This document shows, piece by piece, positions 1 to 9,395 of a DNA stretch of 64,000 nucleotides. Source of the stretch: an uncultured Chloroflexia bacterium (GTDB lineage Bacteria; Chloroflexota; Limnocylindria; Limnocylindrales; CSP1-4). The notes beneath the pieces were generated by a model. That model made no database searches. It was not told the origin of the DNA and saw only the letters and a list, made by a program, of their open reading frames with translations. Numbering within the stretch: the first letter of the stretch is position 1; every line of letters begins with the position of its first letter. Position numbers and translations under genes: made by a program. Location of the stretch: NCBI GenBank assembly GCA_963764515.1, contig CAVXSS010000002.1, positions 480,052 through 544,051 of the forward strand. The letters run 5' to 3'.

Positions 1-1055
1 TCGGTCGATTCGCAGATCGGTCCTTCGACCCGGGTCGGTTCCGTGGCGCCCGGTCGGGCTGACAGGACCCGGATCGGGTGTCGCGCGCCGTAGAGCGCCG
101 GTCGGATGAGCTCGGTCATGCCGGCGTCCAGGATGACCTGGCGGCCACCGCGGTCACGCACATGGAGCACCCGCGCCACGAGCCAGCCTGCCCGGGCGAC
201 CAAGGCTCGTCCTGGTTCGACCGCCAGGCGCGTCGGACGACGATCCGCGGGGATCGCATCGAGCATCGCGGGCAGCTCGCGAGCGAAGCGTTCCGGAGTC
301 GGGGACGGCTCGCCCAGCGGTCGCAGCGGAAAGCCGCCGCCGAGGTCGACGGTATCGAACGTCTCGATGGAGCCACGCCACAGGGCGGCCAGGGCGAGCG
401 CCTTGCGGACGGCCTCCCGCCAGGCATCGACTGCGCCCAACTGTGACCCGACGTGCAGGTGCACGCCCCGGGGCCGGAGGATGCCCTCGGGCCCGCCACC
501 GGCCTCGATGGCCTCGCCGATCTCCGACTCGGTCATCCCGAACTTCGAGCCGCCGACCCCGACCGCGAGGCCGGCCAGGGTCTCCGGCGTGACATCGGGG
601 TTCACCCGGTAGAGGACCTCGATCGGCGGCGCGCCCGCGCGGCGGGCGATCCGTGCCATGGCCGCGGCCTCATCGACGGATTCAAGCGCCACCCATGCGA
701 GCGGCGAACCGTCCCTCGCGGCTCGGACCGCGGCGCCGAGATCGGCCTGGGTCTTGCCGACCCCCTCGAGCGTGATGCGGTCGTTCGGTACGCCGGCGCG
801 GCGCGCCTGGGCCCATTCGCCGCGAGACACGACGTTCGCGCCGAACCCACGCGCGGCGACGGCCGCGATCACGGCTGGGACGTCGTTCGCCTTGACCGAG
901 TACTGCCGGACGATCGGGTCCGGGAAGGCCTCGCGGACGGCGTCGCACGCGGCATCGAGGGTGGCGAGGTCAGTGACGTAGGCAGGCGTCTCGAAACGGC
1001 GAGCGGCCGCCCGTAACGCGTCCGCGATGTCGGGCAGGCGATCGGGGTCGTTCAG
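1..1055 (-). CDS. lysA: Diaminopimelate decarboxylase (PLP-dependent Orn/DAP/Arg decarboxylase fold), N-terminal ~350 aa; C-terminus lies beyond the window start
   Basis: Minus-strand translation reads ...FETPAYVTDL...YSVKANDV...GVHLHVGSQL...VDLGGGFP...EPGRALVA...GPICESTD, which are hallmark LysA motifs. No clean in-frame ATG/GTG start was found near 1040-1055, so the start is uncertain. The gene is not in the ORF track as a single ORF because it runs off the window edge. Confidence 0.8.
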   Translation of the reverse strand, partial: MNDPDRLPDIADALRAAARRFETPAYVTDLATLDAACDAVREAFPDPIVRQYSVKANDVPAVIAAVAARGFGANVVSRGEWAQARRAGVPNDRITLEGVGKTQADLGAAVRAARDGSPLAWVALESVDEAAAMARIARRAGAPPIEVLYRVNPDVTPETLAGLAVGVGGSKFGMTESEIGEAIEAGGGPEGILRPRGVHLHVGSQLGAVDAWREAVRKALALAALWRGSIETFDTVDLGGGFPLRPLGEPSPTPERFARELPAMLDAIPADRRPTRLAVEPGRALVARAGWLVARVLHVRDRGGRQVILDAGMTELIRPALYGARHPIRVLSARPGATEPTRVEGPICEST

Positions 1056-1438
1056 TCGTGGACCACGAGCTCGACGATCGTCCCGACGACGCTGATCGCG
1101 ATCCCGCCGATCACCGCCGCGACGATGGTGTCTGACGTGAGGAGCTTCGGCGGGAAGTCCCCGACCGTGAACGTCACGTGCACGAGGTCGGCGACCCAGG
1201 CGATGAGCAGCAGCAGCGCGGCGTTGATGACGAGCCCGAACAACCCGAAGCTCACCATCGTGAGGGGCAGCGACAGGATCTTGATGACCGGCTTGATGAA
1301 CCCGTTCACGACGCCGGCGATGATCGCGAGCACGATGAGGCCAGGCAGGGCGTCGCCATAGTCGATCTGGGGCAGCAGGTACGCGACGACCGCGAAGGTG
1401 ATGGCCGTCGCGGCGGTCCCGACGATGAAGCTTCTCAT
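1052..1438 (-). CDS. Small 4-TM membrane protein, phage-holin-4_2 (YvlD-like) family
   Basis: The ORF 1052..1645 was trimmed to the internal ATG at 1438, which is preceded by a GGAGG RBS. The 129-aa product MRSFIVGTAATAITFAVVAYLL...LIAWVADLVHVTF has four predicted hydrophobic helices. The upstream 68 aa of the ORF are Arg/Pro-rich and read like frame noise. Confidence 0.65.
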   Translation of the reverse strand: MRSFIVGTAATAITFAVVAYLLPQIDYGDALPGLIVLAIIAGVVNGFIKPVIKILSLPLTMVSFGLFGLVINAALLLLIAWVADLVHVTFTVGDFPPKLLTSDTIVAAVIGGIAISVVGTIVELVVHD

Positions 1439-1556
1439 CCCACACCCTCCGACTGGTGGACGACCTCGCCGCCGACGACGGTGAGTGCGACCTTCGTGCC
1501 CATGATGGCCGATGGACCTGCGGCGAGGATATCGCGGTCGAGGGCGGCCGCGAGGC

Positions 1557-2180
1557 TCATACGGTCGCGCCCGGCGATCCTTTCGTGTCAGCGAGACCGG
1601 CCACGAGCCGGGCTTTGACCTCGGGCCACTCGGGCGCGATGACACTGAAATAGGCGGAATCGCGGAGCGAGCCGTCGGGCACGATCATGTGCTGGCGGAA
1701 GATGCCCTCGAAGGTCGCACCGATGCCGGCGAGGGCCGCTCGCGAGCGTTCGTTGCCGCTGTGGGTCTTGAACTCGACCCGGTTGGCGCCCAGCGTCTCG
1801 AACGCATGCGTGAGCTGGAGGAGCTTGGCCTCCCGGTTGGCGCCGGTCCGCTGGAACGATGTCGCGACCCACGTCCAGCCGATCTCGAGACGCTTGTGCT
1901 CGGGCACGATGGACATGTACCGGCTGCTGCCGATCGCGCGACCCGTGGCGCGGTCGATCGTTGCGAACGGGCGTTCCGTGCCGGCCTCGGCGTTGGCGAG
2001 GGCCGTCGCCAGCCAGCGACGAAGTCCGGCCTCGTCCTGGGGGCCCATGATGGTCCAGCGCCACAGCCCGGGATCGAAGGCGACCCGGGCAAGATCGTCG
2101 AGGTGCCGCTCCTCGAGCGGCTCGAGCCTGACGCGCACGCCCTCGAGCACCACCGGCTGGACCCACGGCTGTGACGGCAT
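1557..2180 (-). CDS. GNAT family N-acetyltransferase (RimJ/RimL-like)
   Basis: The product reads ...VRLEPLEERHLDDL...IGWTWVATSFQRTGANREAKLLQLTHAFETLGANRVEFKTHSGNERSRAAL..., a typical GNAT core. The start was trimmed to the internal ATG (MPSQPWV). Confidence 0.7.
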   Translation of the reverse strand: MPSQPWVQPVVLEGVRVRLEPLEERHLDDLARVAFDPGLWRWTIMGPQDEAGLRRWLATALANAEAGTERPFATIDRATGRAIGSSRYMSIVPEHKRLEIGWTWVATSFQRTGANREAKLLQLTHAFETLGANRVEFKTHSGNERSRAALAGIGATFEGIFRQHMIVPDGSLRDSAYFSVIAPEWPEVKARLVAGLADTKGSPGATV

Positions 2181-2248
2181 GACCGGATGGTAGCCGGGCC
2201 GCGGGCTCGCCCGCCCGTCGTTCCGCCTCGCCATGTACGCTTCGAGCG

Positions 2249-2680
2249 ATGAACCGAGGTCTCACATCCGACCAGCTCGATGGGCTCCTCGAAGAGCCGC
2301 ATCTGGCCACCCTTGCGACGTTCCGCAAGGATGGGAGCGTCCTCCAGTCGCCGATCTGGTACATCTGGGAGGACGGCGGCTTCACGATCGGCGTCGCATC
2401 CGGTGACGGCAAGCTCAAGCATCTCGCGCGCGACCCGCGGGTCACCATCGTGGTCGCCGAGGACGCCCTGCCCTATCGCGGCTTCGAGGTCCGAGGGACG
2501 GCCCAGCTGACGGACCGTCCGTACGCCCCGACGATCCGTCGCATCGCCCGCAGGTACGTCGGCGCGCAGGGCGAGTCCTTCTATGCCGACGACGACGGCG
2601 GCGTCGTCGTCCGGATCGAACCGGGCGACGCTCGCGGCTGGGACTTCCGCGACGACCTCACGGCCATGGGGGTCTGGTAG
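2249..2680 (+). CDS. PPOX-class (pyridoxamine 5'-phosphate oxidase-like) F420/FMN-binding split-barrel protein
   Basis: The 143-aa product contains LATLATFRKDGSVLQSPIWYIWEDGGFTIGV...VTIVVAEDALPYRGFEVRGTAQL, a PPOX-class F420-dependent enzyme pattern. Confidence 0.7.
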   Translation: MNRGLTSDQLDGLLEEPHLATLATFRKDGSVLQSPIWYIWEDGGFTIGVASGDGKLKHLARDPRVTIVVAEDALPYRGFEVRGTAQLTDRPYAPTIRRIARRYVGAQGESFYADDDGGVVVRIEPGDARGWDFRDDLTAMGVW

Positions 2681-2683
2681 GGG

Positions 2684-4435
2684 ATGGCTGCGTTCGACGA
2701 CGTCTTCCGCCCGTTCCTCGACGAGCTGTTCGGCTTCTATCCGGTGCTCGCCACCGCCATCGGCGACCACCGCTTCGACGGCGCCTGGACCGATATGACC
2801 GAGGCCGGCCGCACCGAACGGCTCGCGGCGATGGACCGCTGGCAGGCCGCCTTCGAGGGCCTGACCGAGCTCACCGCGGACGAGCGCATCGACCGCGACC
2901 TGATCCTCGGCGAGATCGACGCCATCCGGTTCAGCGAAGCCGAGCTTCGCGAGGACGCCTGGAACCCGCTCGACTGGGTGTACGTGATGGGCGAGGGCCT
3001 GTTCACGCTGATCGCCCGCGAGTTCGCGCCGCTGGGCGATCGACTGGCGTCGGCGGCGAGCCGCCTCGAGCACCTGCCGGAGCTCCTCGAGGATGCCAGG
3101 ATCGCCCTCAAGGGCGTGGACGGCCGGCCCGTCGGTCGCTTCCAGACGGAGACCGCGATCAGGCAACTACCGGGGATCGGGGCGCTCATCGACGACACGC
3201 TCGCGGAGGCGGAGACGCACGCGGACGACCCGGCCGTGGCCGCGGTGTCACCCCGTCTTCGCGCAGCCGCCGAGACCGCGAAGACGGCCGTTGACGACTT
3301 CGATGCCCACCTGCGGGAGGTGGTCCTGCCCGCGAGCGAGGGCGAAGCGCGCCTCGGGCCCGACCTGTTCGCCCGGAAGATGCGTCACACGATGCGATCC
3401 GCCGACCTGACACCGGAGCGGATCCTGGCCGAGGCCGAGCGCGAGTACACCGCGGTCCGGGCGGAGATGGTCCGTCTCGCACACGACCTCTGGCCGACCT
3501 GGGTCTCCGACCGCCCACGGCCCGATGACGAGGGTGGGCTCGTCCGGGGCGTCCTCGACGCGATCGCCGCCGACCACCCGGCCGCCGAGGAGCTACTGGA
3601 CTGGTGCCGGGAGGAGACCTGTCGGATCGAGCTGTTCTGCGCCGAGCGGGACTTGATCGCGATGGCCGACGAACCGCTCGACATCCGCTGGACGCCGGTC
3701 TTCCTGCGCGCGTTCGGCGGCGCCATGCTGTCGTCGCCCGGTCCGCTGGACAAGGGCCAGAAAGCGTTCTTCGCGATCACGCCGATGCCCGACGACTGGA
3801 CCCCGGAGCAGCGCGAGTCCTATCTCCGCGAGGACAACGCGCGGATGCTCCGCCTGCTCTGCATCCACGAAGCCGTGCCGGGCCACTTCCTCCAGGGGGT
3901 CTACGCGAACCGCAGTCCGTCGCTCGCGCGTGCCATCTTCGCGAGCGGACTGTTCGCCGAGGGCTGGGCCGTCTATGTGACCCAGGTGATGATGGACGTG
4001 GGCTACGGCGCCGACGATCCGGCGCTCCTGCTGACCCACTGGAAGTTCTACCTGCGCGCGATCACGAACGCGATCATCGATGCGCGCATCCAGGCCGGCG
4101 ACATGGGTGCCGAGGGCGCGGTCCGGCTCATGGTCGATGGCGGCTTCCAGGAGGAGGCGGAGGCGCGCAACAAGTACGACCGGGCGCGGTTGTCGTCGAC
4201 CCAGCTCTCGACGTACTTCGCGGGCTCGCTCGAGATGTGGGACATCGAGCGGGAGGTCCGTCGACGGGCGGCGGTCGCCGCGGGCGACCCGCGCGGTGCC
4301 GACGCCGTGCCGGACCCGCGGGTGGTCGGCGGCTTCGGCGACACGCCGGGCTTCGACTATCGCCGGCATCTCGAATTGGTCGTCGGCCACGGCACGCCGC
4401 CGACGTCGCTCCTTCGACGCATCCTCCTGGGCTGA
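2684..4435 (+). CDS. DUF885 family protein (putative metallopeptidase-like)
   Basis: The 583-aa product carries the DUF885 signature HEAVPGHFLQ, followed by conserved WKFYLRAITNAIIDARIQ. Confidence 0.75.
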   Translation: MAAFDDVFRPFLDELFGFYPVLATAIGDHRFDGAWTDMTEAGRTERLAAMDRWQAAFEGLTELTADERIDRDLILGEIDAIRFSEAELREDAWNPLDWVYVMGEGLFTLIAREFAPLGDRLASAASRLEHLPELLEDARIALKGVDGRPVGRFQTETAIRQLPGIGALIDDTLAEAETHADDPAVAAVSPRLRAAAETAKTAVDDFDAHLREVVLPASEGEARLGPDLFARKMRHTMRSADLTPERILAEAEREYTAVRAEMVRLAHDLWPTWVSDRPRPDDEGGLVRGVLDAIAADHPAAEELLDWCREETCRIELFCAERDLIAMADEPLDIRWTPVFLRAFGGAMLSSPGPLDKGQKAFFAITPMPDDWTPEQRESYLREDNARMLRLLCIHEAVPGHFLQGVYANRSPSLARAIFASGLFAEGWAVYVTQVMMDVGYGADDPALLLTHWKFYLRAITNAIIDARIQAGDMGAEGAVRLMVDGGFQEEAEARNKYDRARLSSTQLSTYFAGSLEMWDIEREVRRRAAVAAGDPRGADAVPDPRVVGGFGDTPGFDYRRHLELVVGHGTPPTSLLRRILLG

Positions 4436-4513
4436 CCGCCGGGGGCGATCGCGAAGACCGCGTCCGAGAAGAAGACGATCCGCTCGAGCGAGAACGGCCG
4501 GGCGCCTCGTCGC

Positions 4514-7500
4514 TCACGAGCGCCGCCGCTTGGACCCGGGCGTGGCCTTCGGCGCACCCTTGATCCGGGTCGTCGACGCCGCCCCGCGCTTGCCCGTCTT
4601 CGGGCCGGCCGCCGTCCGTGACGCACCGTGCGGCCCGGCCAGGGATGCGGTCAGCTCGTCGAGCCGATACCCGGTTGCCTCGGCCGCGGCCATCAGACGC
4701 GCGGTCGCGTCCGGGCCTGCCGGCGCCTTGCGGCCACCGGGCGATGCCTCGATGGCATCGAGACGCCGCGCCCAGGCGAGCTGAGCCGCGTACCGGTCCC
4801 GATCGAGCCAGGCGACCCCTTCCCACGTGTTGACGCCGATCGCGGTCCTGACCACGTCGCTCGCCAGCCAACGCTCGAGCAGTCGACCGGCCGCGGCCCG
4901 GGCCGGCCCGTGAAATCCCGAGGGTCGGGGCAGCGTCAGCAGCACGCGGACCTGGTCGGCCACGGTCCAGGCGTCACCCTCATCGAGGCCGGCCTCTCGA
5001 AGGCCCGCCGCCAGGGCGCCCGGCAGGCGAAGTTCGTCATACCAGGCGCAGCTGGTCGCGCCGACGTCGGCACCCGGAGCCAGCTCCCCGGTCCGCGACA
5101 GCGCCAGCCACCCAAGCAATGCCGCCCGTTCCACGTGCGAGGTGGGGATGTCGGGGGCGGCCATGGCGGTCTCGACGCGGCCCCGCACGGCCGCGGCCAC
5201 GGCTGCAGGGTCGCCGGGCACCCCGGTCGATTCGGCGACCGCGGCCAGGAAGACCGCGAACCGGCGCTCCAGCTCGTCGAGCTGGGCCGGCTTCGCGACT
5301 CCGCCGAGGACGGCGCTCACCAGCCCCTCGGCGAAGACCGCCCGCAACGGCGCGTGGACCGGTTCCAGCTGCATCTCCCGCAGCGCGTCCTCGAGGGACG
5401 GCACGGGCCGCTCGCCCAGCCGCGCGGCCAGGCGCGCCCACTGGCCGGCCGTCCCGTCCCGGATCTCGCGGAACTCCCAGTAGACGTGGCCGCCATACGC
5501 ATCGAGCGACACGTACAGTCCGCGCTCCCAGAGCTCGCGCGTCGAGCGCAGCGACTCCAGCCCGGTCCGGGCGTCCCTGAACGCCACGAAGACCTCCGGG
5601 TCATTCGGAAGACCCAGGCCCTCGGCGAGTGTTCGCCGGACCTTCCGTTTCGATCCTCCTGGCGAGCGGCGGGCGAACGTCGTCGACTCACGGATCCAGC
5701 CGCTCGTCGAGCCGTATCGGTCGTGGTAGACGACGAGCGAGCGCTCGGGCCCGGAGCCGTTCGAATAGGCGAAGACGTCCTCGTCGACGCCCCCGGATGC
5801 GGTGATCAGGTCGTAGAGCAGGAAGTCGTGTGCCTCGGCGAACCAGGCGCGCCGGTGCAGCAGCGGGAAGATCTCGCGCTCGTGGCGTGCCAGCAACTGT
5901 GGATCGGGCTGCTCGTCGAGCGTCGCGCGCCGGAATTCCATGCCGTACTTCTCGCTGAACCCCTGGACCTGGCCATGGCCGAGCATCGGCAAGCCGGGCA
6001 GCGTCGCGAGGACCATCGCCACGCCGAAGTACTTGTCGCCCTTGCCGAACTGCTCGAGCGCGGTCTTCTCATCGGGGTTGCTCATGAAGTTGACGTATCG
6101 CTTGAGGATCTCAGGATCGAATTCGAGGGTCTCCTTGATGACCCGCCGATAGCCCGCACCGTCCTCATCGCGGAGCATGTGCATGAAGGCACTGTTGTAG
6201 ACGCGGTGCATGCCGAGGGTCCGCACGAAGTAGCCCTCGAGCAGCCAGAACGCCTCGGCCAGCAGGAGCGTGTCGGGGGCCTCGGCCGCGACCCGGTCGA
6301 CGACCTCGCGCCAGAACTCGACCGGCATGCGCCTGTCGAACTCGCGCTTGGGCATCGCGCGCTCCGCGCGTGACGGGATCCCGCCCGGCTGTCCCGGCAG
6401 CGGCCACCAGAGGCGCTCGATGTGCTTCTTGGCCAGGACCATGGCCGCGTCGAAGCGGATGATCGGGAACCGCCTCGCGACGGCGACGATCGTCTCGATG
6501 ACGTGCTCGCGGACGGCGGGATCGAGGAAGTCCAGCTGCGCGGTGTCGTTCCAGGGGAAGCTCGTCCCGTCGTTGCCGTGGTAGACGTACCGCGTGTCGC
6601 CGGTCCGCCGGTCGAATTGCTTGAATACGACCGCCGCGTCACTGTCGTCCCAGTAATGGTCCTCGAGCACGATGCCGACCCGCTCGTCAGAGGAGAGGTC
6701 GGCCCCATTGAAGGTGTAGGCCGGAAACGGCGGTTGGTCGAGCGAGAGGAACCACTCGGGGTGCTCGATGACCCAGCTCGAATCGATGCCCATGTGGTTG
6801 GGCACCATGTCGCTCGCCAGGCGGATGCCCCGCGCCCAGGCCCGGTCGCGCAGGATCGCGTACGCCTCCTCTCCCCCGATGTCGTCGGCGATCCGGTAAT
6901 CGTCGAGCGAGTAGGCCGAGGCGACCGCGTCGACGTTGCCACGCATCCGCTTGATCCGCTCGGACGCCTCGGAGCGCTCCCACAGCCCGATGAGCCAGAG
7001 GCCGGTGACGCCCCATCGGGCGAGCGTGTCGAGCTCCTCATCGGGGATGGCGTCCAGCGTCCGGATGCTGCGGCGGTACGTCCGTGACAGCTGGTCCAGC
7101 CAGACGTAGGTGCTCTTGGCCATCAGGACGACACGCGGCATCCACGCCGAGTCGGACGAGAACGCCTCGGGTTCGTCGGGGCTGCCGAGCTTGGGTGCCT
7201 CGGCCCGACCCGGGTCGCCGCCGCCGAAGCGCAGGTGGAGGGCTCGCTCCTCCTCGGCGATGACGCCGAGGGCAAGGTCCATCCGGGCGATGAGCGCCGC
7301 GAGCGCGTCGCCCAGGATGCCGGCCCAGTGCTCGCGGATGTAGCGCAGCTGACCGGTCAGGGAGGTGGGGGAGTGGCGGGCCGGCGCACGCAGGAACTCG
7401 AGGAGCGACTGGCCGTCGGGTCCGATGCGGGGGCCGTCGGCGAACGCCACCTCCAGGGTGGCGATGGCATCGCGATACCGGGTCAGCCGCTCCAGTGGCC

Positions 7501-7945
7501 GATCGTCCACCAGCTCGCGCAACGGCCCGATGGCCGGGTTCTCGTTGGCGACGCGGATGAGGACGAGCTCCTCGAGCCGGGCTTGCCTCGGTTCCGGGCG
7601 AGCCGTCCGACCCGGGAACTCGGCGGCGAACCGATCGAGCAGGATCCTGGCGTCTCGCCGGCCAAGACGCTCCTCCAGCGCGCCCAGGGCAAGGTCGATG
7701 GCGTCCCGTCGCGCCTGCCGGTGGTGCGCGATGACCAGGTGTCCGATCTCGTGGACCAGCCCCATCGCCCCGATCTCACCGGCCGAGACCGCCGGTGCGC
7801 CGTCGTCGCGGAGCTCGTTCATGCGGTTCGCGAGGCGGCGGACGGCCATCAGGTCCGTCGTCACGAGGTCACCGGTCGACCCGATCAGGCTCCGGTCGAT
7901 GCCGTAGCGCTCGCGGGCGGCCCGCTGGACGTGGAACTCACGCAT
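4514..7945 (-). CDS. Large alpha-amylase-family (GH13-like) alpha-glucan-active enzyme, 1143 aa, with long N- and C-terminal extensions
   Basis: The central region reads GIRLASDMVPNHMGIDSSWVIEHPEWF (the DxVxNH region of the GH13/TreY-like catalytic barrel) and RFDAAMV. The flanking ~270 aa (N-terminal) and ~450 aa (C-terminal) carry no motif I recognise. The gene sits inside the glycogen cluster. Confidence 0.7.
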   Translation of the reverse strand: MREFHVQRAARERYGIDRSLIGSTGDLVTTDLMAVRRLANRMNELRDDGAPAVSAGEIGAMGLVHEIGHLVIAHHRQARRDAIDLALGALEERLGRRDARILLDRFAAEFPGRTARPEPRQARLEELVLIRVANENPAIGPLRELVDDRPLERLTRYRDAIATLEVAFADGPRIGPDGQSLLEFLRAPARHSPTSLTGQLRYIREHWAGILGDALAALIARMDLALGVIAEEERALHLRFGGGDPGRAEAPKLGSPDEPEAFSSDSAWMPRVVLMAKSTYVWLDQLSRTYRRSIRTLDAIPDEELDTLARWGVTGLWLIGLWERSEASERIKRMRGNVDAVASAYSLDDYRIADDIGGEEAYAILRDRAWARGIRLASDMVPNHMGIDSSWVIEHPEWFLSLDQPPFPAYTFNGADLSSDERVGIVLEDHYWDDSDAAVVFKQFDRRTGDTRYVYHGNDGTSFPWNDTAQLDFLDPAVREHVIETIVAVARRFPIIRFDAAMVLAKKHIERLWWPLPGQPGGIPSRAERAMPKREFDRRMPVEFWREVVDRVAAEAPDTLLLAEAFWLLEGYFVRTLGMHRVYNSAFMHMLRDEDGAGYRRVIKETLEFDPEILKRYVNFMSNPDEKTALEQFGKGDKYFGVAMVLATLPGLPMLGHGQVQGFSEKYGMEFRRATLDEQPDPQLLARHEREIFPLLHRRAWFAEAHDFLLYDLITASGGVDEDVFAYSNGSGPERSLVVYHDRYGSTSGWIRESTTFARRSPGGSKRKVRRTLAEGLGLPNDPEVFVAFRDARTGLESLRSTRELWERGLYVSLDAYGGHVYWEFREIRDGTAGQWARLAARLGERPVPSLEDALREMQLEPVHAPLRAVFAEGLVSAVLGGVAKPAQLDELERRFAVFLAAVAESTGVPGDPAAVAAAVRGRVETAMAAPDIPTSHVERAALLGWLALSRTGELAPGADVGATSCAWYDELRLPGALAAGLREAGLDEGDAWTVADQVRVLLTLPRPSGFHGPARAAAGRLLERWLASDVVRTAIGVNTWEGVAWLDRDRYAAQLAWARRLDAIEASPGGRKAPAGPDATARLMAAAEATGYRLDELTASLAGPHGASRTAAGPKTGKRGAASTTRIKGAPKATPGSKRRRS

Positions 7946-8002
7946 CGCTCAAAGCATCGCACGGTGGCCGTGGCCGACGTGCAGCCCGCGCGGGCGGGGA
8001 GG

Positions 8003-9022
8003 TCAGACCAGGGTGGCCTCGGCCGGGCGGGTCGCGGCGACGTGCTCGATGGCCCGCCGCAGCAGCTCGAGGCCCGACGGGTCGAACTCGTAGCTCCATC
8101 GGCGGAGCCGCTCCGGGCGGCTGAAGCGCTGGTCGAGGCCGGCAGCGAGCGCCTCCCGAGAGACGAGGATGATATCGGCCGTGCGATCGATCACGGCCAG
8201 CTCCTCCTCCCCGTCGATGAGTGCGGACACGATCTCAACGCCCTGGGTCCCCGACAACGCGAGCGTCTCGAGGATGTTGTCCTTGCCGCGGGTCGACGCG
8301 CACACGAGCCCGACGCGGGAGCCCTGTGGCAGGCCGGCGATCTCGTGGACCATCTCGAGGTACCCGGGGCCGACGAGCATGGCCACGACCGGGACCCGCC
8401 CCGCGACGAGCGCCTGGGCCTCGTCGGCGTGGAATGTCGTGGTGGCGACGAGGTCGTAGTGGAACCGCTCGAGTCGGTCCGGCAGGTCGTCGAGCAGGGC
8501 GCCATCCGCTTCGATCATGCCCGGGAAGGCATCCACGAGGCGCTCTGCGTCGTAGCCGGCATCCGCGTTCGTGCACTCGGTGAAGAGGACGTGCACGAGG
8601 GGTCCGGGGCGCTTTCGTTCCGTCGCAGCGGCGAAGGTCGCGGCTGCGAGTTCGTCGGAGGTGAAGCCCGCGTGGGCGGCCCGCCGGAGCATCTCGGACA
8701 CGATGCCGGCGAGGGCCTCGGTGCCACGGCGTTGCGGTGGACGGTCGGAGACGTGAGTGCCGGCACCGTGACGGCTAGTGACGTAGGCCGCATCCGACAA
8801 ACGTCGATAGACGGCGCGGATCGTGTTCGGGTTCACTCGCAGTGCCGCTCCGAGTTCCCGGACGGGCGGCAGACGAGAACCTGGCAAAAGCCGACCGGAG
8901 TCGATCTGGTAGGCCAGCTGCCAGTAGATCTGGGTCGAGATGGGCACGTCCGAATCGCGCTCGACATCGAGCGCGCCGCGGGCAGTCGCGATCGGTCCGG
9001 GGACGTCCTCGTCACTTGACAT
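8003..9022 (-). CDS. GntR-family transcriptional regulator with C-terminal sugar/effector-binding domain
   Basis: The N-terminal wHTH reads ISTQIYWQLAYQIDSGRLLPGSRLPPVRELGAALRVNPNTIRAVYRRL. The rest of the 339-aa product is a ~230-aa C-terminal domain. Confidence 0.8.
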   Translation of the reverse strand: MSSDEDVPGPIATARGALDVERDSDVPISTQIYWQLAYQIDSGRLLPGSRLPPVRELGAALRVNPNTIRAVYRRLSDAAYVTSRHGAGTHVSDRPPQRRGTEALAGIVSEMLRRAAHAGFTSDELAAATFAAATERKRPGPLVHVLFTECTNADAGYDAERLVDAFPGMIEADGALLDDLPDRLERFHYDLVATTTFHADEAQALVAGRVPVVAMLVGPGYLEMVHEIAGLPQGSRVGLVCASTRGKDNILETLALSGTQGVEIVSALIDGEEELAVIDRTADIILVSREALAAGLDQRFSRPERLRRWSYEFDPSGLELLRRAIEHVAATRPAEATLV

Positions 9023-9086
9023 AGCGTGCTAGTCCAAATAACCTTGACTTTGGCCTAATCAACTATAGCAACCAAGGTGCATTCAC

Positions 9087-9221
9087 ATGGCAGCTCTGAT
9101 CGTTGTAGCCGTCGTCACGGTGTTGTCCGGTCTTGCGATGTTCGCTTCGCGTCTGGGCGTGGACAGTCGCGACGACTTCTCCGAGGCGTATCGCGTCGTG
9201 GGTCCCATCGGCCTTCACTGA
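9087..9221 (+). CDS. Possible 44-aa small membrane peptide, MAALIVVAVVTVLSGLAMFASRLGVDSRDDFSEAYRVVGPIGLH
   Basis: An ATG-initiated ORF lies in an AT-richer intergenic stretch. A TTGACT -35-like hexamer (~9044) and TATAGC (~9064) sit upstream. The product has one hydrophobic helix. It is too short to appear in the ORF track. Confidence 0.25.
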   Translation: MAALIVVAVVTVLSGLAMFASRLGVDSRDDFSEAYRVVGPIGLH

Positions 9222-9395
9222 CCGACATCCGACCAAAACCAGGGCGTCCCCCTTCCGACGCTCCCTTCACTCGTCAGCCCGTTGGCGCGCAGGCCGCGGG
9301 CTGACGGATTCTCAGGACCAACGGGATGGCCACTCCGATCCCGACTAGCGTGGCCCCACCGATGCCGTCCACGCCAGCAAGACCGTGCGCGACCG

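Noticed and set aside
1052-1645. Full 197-aa ORF as the holin-like gene.
   Set aside because: The first 68 codons are Arg/Pro/His-rich (RPRPRYPRRRSIGHHGHEGRTHRRRRRGRP) with no RBS. An ATG with GGAGG at 1438 gives a compact 4-TM protein typical of the family.
1588-3166. Long minus-strand ORFs (286 aa and 493 aa) overlapping the GNAT, PPOX and DUF885 genes.
   Set aside because: They are Arg/Pro/Ser-rich antisense frames. The same applies to ORFs 3593..4390 -, 4128..4871 -, 4628..6373 +, 6082..7041 -, 7235..9019 +, 12094..13237 +, 12568..13722 -, 13455..15086 +, 15687..16616 -, 22078..23856 -, 23405..24112 -, 23902..24999 -, 27444..28580 -, 29425..31803 +, 37995..39677 -, 40154..40969 - and similar.
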